A DNA stretch of 4,861 nucleotides, taken from IMG/VR virus record IMGVR_UViG_2711768012_000016; one strand, written 5' to 3'. Every line of letters starts with the position of its first letter. The stretch's first letter is position 1. This DNA comes from a virus (Duplodnaviria > Heunggongvirae > Uroviricota > Caudoviricetes). The translations under genes and the position numbers were made by a program. This document shows positions 1 to 4,861 of this stretch, one piece after another. The notes below the pieces were generated by a model. The model was not told the origin of the DNA. It did no database searches and saw only the letters and a list, made by a program, of their open reading frames with translations.

Positions 1-79
1 GCTTTGAACTCTTTAGAGTAACGTTGGGTTTTTCTGCTCATTATTAGCTCCTTCTGATGCCATTCTATTTCAGGAAGGA

Positions 80-782
80 GTGTCCGTTAAACTCAGGCTA
101 CCTCAGGTTATTCGCTTCTGGGCATGGGCGGATCAACAAATGATAGACGGTAATGCAGATTGTAACGCTCGCGGCGTTACAAAAAGTGCAATAGATCGCA
201 TCACTTTTATGTCTGGTTTTGCTGATGCGTTAATTCAGGTTGGATGGCTGGTCGAAAATGACGGAGGGCTTTCTCTACCTAACTTTGAACGTCATAACGG
301 AAAAAGCTCTAAAAAAAACGGGCGGTTACAAACGAGCGAGTAACAAAAATACGCGAACTGAAACGAAAAGGTAACGCTGCCAGCGTTACACAAACGGATC
401 AAAAAGCGTTACCAGAGGAAGAGGAAGAGGAAGATCTAAATACTGATCTCCCCCTCGCCAAAAACGAGCGTCTAAAAAATTCGAGCCGGAGGCTATTGAG
501 CTGCCCGATTGGTTGCCGGAAACACTCTGGCATGAGTGGGTCCGGTTCAGACAGGCATTGCGAAAACCGATTCGAACGGAGCAGGGCGCTAACGGGGCGA
601 TACGGGAACTGGAAAAATTCCGTCAGCAGGGTTTTACACCTGAGCAGGTGATTCGACACAGCATCGCCAATGAATACCAGGGCCTGTTCGCGCCGAAAGG
701 TGTTCGGCCTGAGACGTTGCTCCGACAGGTTAACACCGTCTCGTTGCCGGACAGTGCGATCCCGCCAGGCTTCAGGGGGTAA
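80..782 (+). CDS. Phage replication initiation protein with DnaT-like C-terminal domain; frame broken twice at homopolymer runs (possibly a pseudogene, more likely assembly indels)
   Basis: Three collinear open segments on the + strand. Segment 1 (80-343, GTG start after AGGA at 72-75) encodes the N-terminal domain. Segment 2 (next frame, open from 313) encodes a charged linker ...KRAVTNERVTKIRELKRKGNAASVTQTDQKALPEEEEEEDLNTDLPLAKNERLKN. Segment 3 (third frame, open from 447, ORF-track 513-782) encodes ...KKFEPEAIELPDWLPETLWHEW...NTVSLPDSAIPPGFRG. That C-terminus closely matches my recollection of the E. coli DnaT C-terminus (PDW ... NTVSEPDSQIPPGFRG). Frame switches coincide with A8 at 311-318 and one of C5 450-454, A5 460-464 or A6 474-479. 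The stop TAA at 780-782 lies 6 nt before the DnaC-like ATG at 789. Confidence 0.6.
161..181. repeat. 19-bp palindrome GTAACGC-N5-GCGTTAC, copy 1 (putative initiator-binding site or ori iteron)
   Basis: Read directly: tGTAACGCtcgcgGCGTTACa, with arms at 162-168 and 174-180. The same 7+7 arms recur at 371-389. It lies inside the initiator N-terminal coding region. Confidence 0.5.
370..413. repeat. 19-bp palindrome GTAACGC-N5-GCGTTAC, copy 2, plus a downstream half-site (putative ori/iteron cluster)
   Basis: gGTAACGCtgccaGCGTTACa at 370-390; arms 371-377 and 383-389 form a perfect 9-bp inverted repeat GTAACGCTG/CAGCGTTAC. An extra half-site AGCGTTAC sits at 405-412. It is embedded in the A-rich linker-coding part of the initiator gene, next to a (GAGGAA)x3 tandem at 415-432. 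Confidence 0.5.
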
Positions 783-788
783 CGGACC

Positions 789-1215
789 ATGAAAAATATT
801 GCGACAGGCGGCGTTCTGGAACGCATCCGCCGACTGACCCCGCCACATGTAACCGCCCCATTCAGAACGGTAGCGGAGTGGCGCGAGTGGCAACTTGCTG
901 AAGGCCAGAAACGTAGCGAGGAGATCAACCGCCTGAATCGCCAGTTGCGGGTGGAAAAAATTCTGAATCGCTCAGGCATCCAGCCGTTGCACCGTAAATG
1001 CTCGTTTGCGAATTACCAGGTGCAGAACGACGGCCAGCGATACGCGTTAAGCCAGGCGAAATCCATCGCCGATGAACTGATGACCGGGTGTACAAATTTT
1101 GCGTTCAGCGGAAAACCTGGTACCGGGAAGAATCACTTAGCGGCAGCTATCGGGAATCGCCTGCTGAAAGACGGTCAGACAGTGATTGTGGTTACCGTGG
1201 CTGATGTTATGAGCG
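789..1215 (+). CDS. dnaC: DnaC-family helicase loader (AAA+ ATPase), prophage paralog; only the 5' part is visible and the 3' end lies inside the N-masked stretch
   Basis: ATG at 789. The visible 142 aa include the Walker A block FSGKPGTGKNHLAAAIGNRLL, identical in its core to the E. coli DnaC P-loop as I recall it, plus NRSGIQPLHRKCSFANYQV versus DnaC NRSGIRPLHQNCSFENYRV. Overall identity is roughly half, so this is a phage paralog, not chromosomal dnaC. The ORF-track end at 1733 is an artefact of translating N as X; a DnaC-length protein (about 245 aa) would end near 1520-1530. Confidence 0.85.
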
Positions 1216-1693
1216 NNNNNNNNNNNNNNNNNNNNNNNNNNNNNNNNNNNNNNNNNNNNNNNNNNNNNNNNNNNNNNNNNNNNNNNNNNNNNNNNNNNNN
1301 NNNNNNNNNNNNNNNNNNNNNNNNNNNNNNNNNNNNNNNNNNNNNNNNNNNNNNNNNNNNNNNNNNNNNNNNNNNNNNNNNNNNNNNNNNNNNNNNNNNN
1401 NNNNNNNNNNNNNNNNNNNNNNNNNNNNNNNNNNNNNNNNNNNNNNNNNNNNNNNNNNNNNNNNNNNNNNNNNNNNNNNNNNNNNNNNNNNNNNNNNNNN
1501 NNNNNNNNNNNNNNNNNNNNNNNNNNNNNNNNNNNNNNNNNNNNNNNNNNNNNNNNNNNNNNNNNNNNNNNNNNNNNNNNNNNNNNNNNNNNNNNNNNNN
1601 NNNNNNNNNNNNNNNNNNNNNNNNNNNNNNNNNNNNNNNNNNNNNNNNNNNNNNNNNNNNNNNNNNNNNNNNNNNNNAGTTTCAGGAGGATTT

Positions 1694-2116
1694 ATGGCGA
1701 AACCTTTTACTCCCGAACAGCGGGAAGAACTGAAGACGCGAATTGTGGAACTCGTGCATCAGGACGGTCGGGTCACGATTCGGCAGTTGTCAGATGAAAC
1801 AGGTATCAGTCGTGCGTCTGTCGGTCGCTTATGCATAGAACTGGTCGCAAGTGGTGATGTATATAATTCTGGCTACGGCTTATTCCCGTCTGAACAGGCT
1901 CGCAAGGACTGGCAAAGCGCCCGCAAAAAACTCTCGAGAGTAAAGGTGAGGAAACCGGTTGTTGTTGATCCGGACCTTATCTGGTCATTACCTGACGGAG
2001 AAATACGCCGCTACGACAGGCGCCTGAATATAATCTGTCGCGAGTGCCGGAAGAGCGAAGCTATGCAGCGTGTACTGGCTTTCTATCAGGGTAATTTTCA
2101 GGAGGCGATACTGTGA
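1694..2116 (+). CDS. Hypothetical phage protein, 140 aa, N-terminal winged-helix/HTH-like region and C-terminal CxxC
   Basis: Strong SD AGGAGG at 1684-1689, then ATG at 1694. The N-terminal segment (RVTIRQLSDETGISRASVGRLCIELVASGDV) has the look of a helix-turn-helix recognition unit; CRECRKS lies near the C-terminus. Stop TGA at 2114-2116 abuts the next ATG. Family not recognised. Confidence 0.6.
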   Translation: MAKPFTPEQREELKTRIVELVHQDGRVTIRQLSDETGISRASVGRLCIELVASGDVYNSGYGLFPSEQARKDWQSARKKLSRVKVRKPVVVDPDLIWSLPDGEIRRYDRRLNIICRECRKSEAMQRVLAFYQGNFQEAIL

Positions 2117-2173
2117 ATGAAATTAGCTATCAGGCTTCAATTACCGCTGGCATTCGCATCAAAGGAGAGGAGC

Positions 2174-2530
2174 ATGGAAATAAAACCAGAAGATGAGTTA
2201 AGCAATATCGTTTTATTTCCGGTAAAAGAGGATGACCCTCGTAATCAGGTTAATTTTCTTTATGAGCCATCGGAAAGACCATATTGCCATCACGCCTCTG
2301 TACGGGTTGACGAAAAAGAGCGTCAGGTCCGCTGTAAAATCTGCGGTGCGGTTGTGGAGCCGTTTGACTGGATGCTCTCTGTGGCAAAAAGAGAAACCAG
2401 ACTGGCAGATGATGTAAGGCTATTGCGCCAGGAGGAACAGGAAAGGCGGAGAAATATAGAAAAGCTGATACAGATTGAGCGTAACGCGAAAGCGCGGATA
2501 CGCAGGGCGACAAAATCCAGAACTGAATAA
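2174..2530 (+). CDS. Hypothetical phage protein, 118 aa, Cys/His zinc-ribbon-like motif followed by a basic coiled-coil-like tail (alternative start 2117 gives 137 aa)
   Basis: ATG 2174 follows a strong SD AAGGAGAGG at 2162-2170. The in-frame ATG at 2117 directly abuts the upstream stop, but its SD spacing is about 12 nt. Motif YCHH-x15-CKIC, then RLADDVRLLRQEEQERRRNIEKLIQIERNAKARIRR. Stop TAA at 2528-2530. Confidence 0.55.
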   Translation: MEIKPEDELSNIVLFPVKEDDPRNQVNFLYEPSERPYCHHASVRVDEKERQVRCKICGAVVEPFDWMLSVAKRETRLADDVRLLRQEEQERRRNIEKLIQIERNAKARIRRATKSRTE

Positions 2531-2634
2531 TTAAATTTAGCACTGTTAAAAATTTAATCCTTAACCGGAGGGATTTCTGCACCCTCAAATCATCAGGAGA
2601 CCACCCGAAAGGGCGGGGAGCAGTCACACATCTG

Positions 2635-2664
2635 TTTCCGATAGCCCCGTTCTAATGCTACACT
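2635..2664 (+). promoter_or_regulatory. Candidate sigma70 promoter for the QueH-like gene (TTTCCG -35, extended -10 TGcTACACT)
   Basis: -35-like TTTCCG at 2635-2640, 18-bp spacer, TG at 2656-2657 and TACACT at 2659-2664. The predicted start site is only a few nt before ATG 2678, and no SD is present, which is consistent with a near-leaderless mRNA. Pattern match only. Confidence 0.25.
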
Positions 2665-2677
2665 CTTTGATATTTTT

Positions 2678-3364
2678 ATGACCCCAATAAACATATTTAT
2701 GACAGTTGCTGATTTCAAACGGCCCAAATTGGAGCTCCCAAACGGGGCAAACAAACTACTACTGCACTCTTGCTGTGCTCCATGTTCCGGTGAGGTGATG
2801 GAGGCGCTTCAGGCCTCGGGAATCGACTACACCATCTTTTTCTACAACCCGAACATTCATCCTCAGAAAGAGTATTTAATTCGTAAGGATGAGAATATTC
2901 GCTTTGCTGAACAACACGGCGTGCCGTTTATTGATGCTGATTACGACACAGACAACTGGTTTGAACGAGCCAAAGGAATGGAATGGGAGCCCGAACGAGG
3001 GATCCGTTGCACCATGTGTTTTGACATGCGTTTTGAGCGGACAGCGCTGTACGCCGCTGAAAATGGTTTCAGTGTGATCAGCAGTTCACTGGGCATTTCA
3101 CGCTGGAAAAATATGCAGCAGGTTAACGACTGTGGGCGGCGAGCCGTCGCGCATTATCCGGGCATGGTGTACTGGGATTATAACTGGCGCAAGCAGGGCG
3201 GCTCGTCCCGTATGATTGAAATCAGCAAGCGCGAAAAATTCTATCAGCAGGAATATTGTGGCTGTGTGTATTCTCTGCGCGATACCAATCTACACCGCAA
3301 ATCTCAGGGACGCCCTCTTATCAAAATTGGTCAACTCCACTACGGTAAAGAAGAGAAGGAGTGA
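2678..3364 (+). CDS. queH: QueH-type epoxyqueuosine reductase-like protein (DUF208 family Fe-S enzyme), 228 aa
   Basis: Intact ORF carrying the motifs I associate with DUF208/QueH: [11 protein letters not shown] near the N-terminus, [31 protein letters not shown], and EYCGCVYS near the C-terminus. Cysteines at 32, 33, 36, 111, 114, 152, 194 and 196 fit a 4Fe-4S cluster plus additional metal-site arrangement. Stop TGA at 3362-3364. No SD before ATG 2678. Confidence 0.7.
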   Translation: MTPINIFMTVADFKRPKLELPNGANKLLLHSCCAPCSGEVMEALQASGIDYTIFFYNPNIHPQKEYLIRKDENIRFAEQHGVPFIDADYDTDNWFERAKGMEWEPERGIRCTMCFDMRFERTALYAAENGFSVISSSLGISRWKNMQQVNDCGRRAVAHYPGMVYWDYNWRKQGGSSRMIEISKREKFYQQEYCGCVYSLRDTNLHRKSQGRPLIKIGQLHYGKEEKE

Positions 3365-3385
3365 TTTTATGGGGCACCTTTCTGA

Positions 3386-3415
3386 TTGATTTCATATTGG
3401 CGAGGTAAGTAGAAT
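3386..3415 (+). promoter_or_regulatory. Candidate sigma70 promoter (TTGATT-N18-TAGAAT) reading into the second masked stretch
   Basis: TTGATT at 3386-3391 and TAGAAT at 3410-3415. The same two hexamers recur at 3981-4008. An 8-bp stem (3434-3441 with 3463-3470) lies just downstream in the predicted 5' leader. Confidence 0.3.
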
Positions 3416-3893
3416 GACTGCGGGTGCTTGAGGCTATCTGCTTCAGGCATGAACACCAAAAGGCAGATAGAGAAAAGCCCCAGTTAACATTACGCGTCCG
3501 GCAAGACGCNNNNNNNNNNNNNNNNNNNNNNNNNNNNNNNNNNNNNNNNNNNNNNNNNNNNNNNNNNNNNNNNNNNNNNNNNNNNNNNNNNNNNNNNNNN
3601 NNNNNNNNNNNNNNNNNNNNNNNNNNNNNNNNNNNNNNNNNNNNNNNNNNNNNNNNNNNNNNNNNNNNNNNNNNNNNNNNNNNNNNNNNNNNNNNNNNNN
3701 NNNNNNNNNNNNNNNNNNNNNNNNNNNNNNNNNNNNNNNNNNNNNNNNNNNNNNNNNNNNNNNNNNNNNNNNNNNNNNNNNNNNNNNNNNNNNNNNNNNN
3801 NNNNNNNNNNNNNNNNNNNNNNNNNNNNNNNNNNNNNNNNNNNNNNNNNNNNNNNNNNNNNNNNNNNNNNNNNNNNNNNNNNNNNNNNNNNNN

Positions 3894-3917
3894 CATCCTC
3901 AACGCACCCGCACTTAA
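3894..3917 (+). CDS. 3' end of an unknown + strand CDS whose body lies in the N-masked stretch (...HPQRTRT*)
   Basis: On leaving the mask, one + frame is open and stops at TAA 3915-3917, immediately at the foot of the terminator hairpin. The start and the protein are not visible. Another frame stops at 3932-3934 inside the hairpin loop, which is less consistent. Confidence 0.25.
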   Translation, partial: HPQRTRT

Positions 3918-3967
3918 CCCGCCCATCGCTGTGATCTCTCAGCGTTTCGGCGGGTTTTTTGTTGTTT
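3916..3967 (+). terminator. Rho-independent terminator (GC stem with nested inner hairpin, then T-rich tract)
   Basis: Outer stem 3916-3923 AACCCGCC pairs with 3949-3956 GGCGGGTT. An inner stem, 3927-3931 CGCTG with 3940-3944 CAGCG, sits in the loop. It is followed by TTTTTGTTGTTTATTT. The T-tract is on the + strand, so it terminates rightward transcription. Confidence 0.5.
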
Positions 3968-3980
3968 ATTTCCGGTGAAT

Positions 3981-4008
3981 TTGATTCGCGCACCTTCGCA
4001 GATAGAAT
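3981..4008 (+). promoter_or_regulatory. Candidate sigma70 promoter (TTGATT-N16-TAGAAT) for the downstream operon
   Basis: TTGATT at 3981-3986, 16-bp spacer, TAGAAT at 4003-4008. It sits directly after the terminator and about 80 nt before ATG 4090. Confidence 0.35.
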
Positions 4009-4089
4009 CGACTCACTTAAGTAGCGCGCAGGGAGAAGAGGGATGGACCCCGAACAGGGGAGAGCTATTTATCTGGAAGGATTCTGAAG

Positions 4090-4377
4090 ATGAAAATCGA
4101 AGAATTGCGTGAAATTTTTAGTGAAAATGGCCTCTATGCTGTGCGCGTTGAGAATGGAGCGATTGTCAGCCATTGCCGCATTAGATGTTTGCAATCTCAA
4201 CAAAGGAAGAGCGGTGCTGTGTTATTTTATTTTTGTAATGGACTTCTGACGGACGGTTTTATTTTGCGTGAGGACGAATTTGTCACATCATTACGGGTTT
4301 TGAAAGAGATTGGTTTTAAGGCTGGTTTTCTGCTTTTGCTGAAGAATAAACTCATCTACAATCTTGAGCAGGATTGA
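4090..4377 (+). CDS. Hypothetical small protein, 95 aa, in an AT-rich segment
   Basis: ATG 4090 has SD GGAAGGA at 4075-4081 (8-nt spacer); stop TGA at 4375-4377. The product MKIEELREIFSENGLYAVRVENG... is not recognised. Local GC is visibly lower than in flanking genes, and the many T-runs make the C-terminal frame uncertain given the homopolymer problem seen elsewhere. Confidence 0.4.
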   Translation: MKIEELREIFSENGLYAVRVENGAIVSHCRIRCLQSQQRKSGAVLFYFCNGLLTDGFILREDEFVTSLRVLKEIGFKAGFLLLLKNKLIYNLEQD

Positions 4378-4415
4378 ACTCCTGCTGTGTAACACCGTGC
4401 CACCGGAGAAAGCCG

Positions 4416-4769
4416 ATGGCACATATACAACTGGTCAAACAAACCTCTTCCGGATTACTTCTCCCGGCGACGCCGGAGAGTTGCGATTTTCTGCATCAAA
4501 TCAAAATAGGTGAGTGGATACACGCAGACTTTAAGCGTGTGTGTAACTACGCATTCCACAAGCGTTTTTTCAAACTCCTGCAACTGGGTTTCGATTACTG
4601 GACTCCGGTCGGTGGGGCGATCACGCCTCGCGAACGAAAACTGGTGTCCGGTTTCGTTGATTACCTGTGTGAATCAGTAGGCCGGGAACATACGCCAGCT
4701 CTGAGCGAAGCCGCAGAGCAATTGAGGTGTACTGGCAATAGCGGACACTACCATTTGTTCTTTTTTTAA
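4416..4769 (+). CDS. Phage nin-region-type hypothetical protein (tentatively DUF1367-like), probably truncated by a frame break at a T7 run
   Basis: ATG 4416 has SD GGAG at 4405-4408 (7-nt spacer). The product MAHIQLVKQTSSGLLLPATPESCDFLHQIKIGEWIHADFKRVCNYAFHKRFFKLLQLGFDYW... resembles, from memory, a conserved lambdoid prophage family that neighbours ninG. The ORF ends ...HYHLFFF* at T7 (4761-4767). The adjacent frame is open from 4769 to the window end (SSHLMIFFPEGCRGDIPQTRVTTLTIVENLN...). The ORF-track TTG start at 4374 has no SD. Confidence 0.5.
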   Translation: MAHIQLVKQTSSGLLLPATPESCDFLHQIKIGEWIHADFKRVCNYAFHKRFFKLLQLGFDYWTPVGGAITPRERKLVSGFVDYLCESVGREHTPALSEAAEQLRCTGNSGHYHLFFF

Positions 4770-4861
4770 GCAGCCATCTGATGATATTTTTCCCTGAAGG
4801 CTGCCGGGGAGATATTCCCCAGACGAGAGTGACGACGCTGACGATTGTAGAAAATCTCAAT

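Noticed and set aside
22-79. Possible divergent minus-strand gene start near 41 (GAAGGAG-N6-ATG on the minus strand, reading out of the window)
   Set aside because: That would leave under 40 bp between divergent starts, too little for two promoters. A + strand frame ending at TAA 19-21 fits a collinear upstream gene better. Only about 13 codons are visible, so it cannot be resolved here.
399-979. Minus-strand ORFs 399-893 (164 aa) and 623-979 (118 aa)
   Set aside because: They lie antisense to the DnaT-like domain and the conserved N-terminus of the DnaC-like gene. The 399-893 product ends in a poly-Ser tract that is just the reverse reading of the GAGGAA repeat. No SD-supported start.
1216-1733. 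ORF-track extension of the DnaC-like ORF through the mask to 1733 (FQEDLWRNLLLPNSGKN tail)
   Set aside because: This is an artefact of translating N as X. The tail overlaps the strong SD and ATG of the next gene at 1684-1694 and is in a frame whose continuity across the mask is unknowable.
2232-2627. ORFs 2232-2417 (+, 61 aa) and 2250-2627 (-, 125 aa)
   Set aside because: Both are nested in or antisense to the better-supported 2174-2530 CDS and have no ribosome-binding site.
2889-3077. ORF 2889-3077 (+, 62 aa)
   Set aside because: Out-of-frame ORF inside the QueH-like gene, whose own frame carries the conserved Cys motifs.
3321-3993. ORFs spanning the second mask (3321-3926 -, 3424-3978 +, 3490-3993 -)
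   Set aside because: They consist mostly of X. The + one has no ATG and would read through the terminator hairpin; the minus ones would have to code across the hairpin. Only the short stop-proximal fragment ending at 3917 is retained, at low confidence.
3462-4006. 9-mer GCAGATAGA present at 3462-3470 and 3998-4006
   Set aside because: Repeated 9-mers are expected by chance many times in a window of this size; noted only because one copy overlaps the candidate -10 at 4003-4008.
3365-4089. tRNA gene flanking the mask (prophages often carry tRNAs in this region)
   Set aside because: No T-arm consensus (GTTCGA/GTTCAA-type) or cloverleaf-compatible acceptor stem is visible in 3365-3509 or 3894-4089. 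The mask itself cannot be assessed.
4621-4860. Minus-strand ORF 4621-4860 (79 aa)
   Set aside because: It overlaps the 3' part of the + strand gene and the open + frame that continues after the T7 run. No SD, and the product looks low-complexity.
1-4861. CRISPR arrays, IS elements or integrase/att sites
   Set aside because: No regularly spaced direct repeats, no terminal inverted repeats flanking a transposase-like ORF, and no integrase-like ORF are present in the visible sequence.

Overview
This window reads as the early-right (replication to nin) arm of a lambdoid/phi80-like prophage from an enterobacterial host (about 50% GC), with all supported genes on the + strand. Two stretches are masked with N (1216-1677 and 3510-3893), so anything inside them is unknown. 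In order: (1) a replication initiator whose C-terminal domain resembles the primosomal protein DnaT, currently split across three reading frames at homopolymer runs; (2) a DnaC-family helicase loader, start-coupled to it and running into the first mask; (3) a small winged-helix-like protein; (4) a small Cys/His zinc-ribbon-like protein; (5) an intact QueH-type (DUF208) Fe-S enzyme with its own candidate promoter, which is the most unexpected cargo; (6) a promoter, masked gene and intrinsic terminator unit; (7) a second promoter driving an AT-rich 95-aa ORF and a nin-region-type phage protein. Inside the initiator gene, a 19-bp palindrome (GTAACGC-N5-GCGTTAC) occurs twice and looks like an initiator-binding site or origin. 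Every frame break I found would be repaired by adding one base to a homopolymer, which points to systematic homopolymer under-calling in the assembly rather than real gene decay. No tRNA, rRNA, CRISPR array, or transposase/IS element was seen in the visible sequence. All family assignments rest on motif recognition from memory; no database search was possible.
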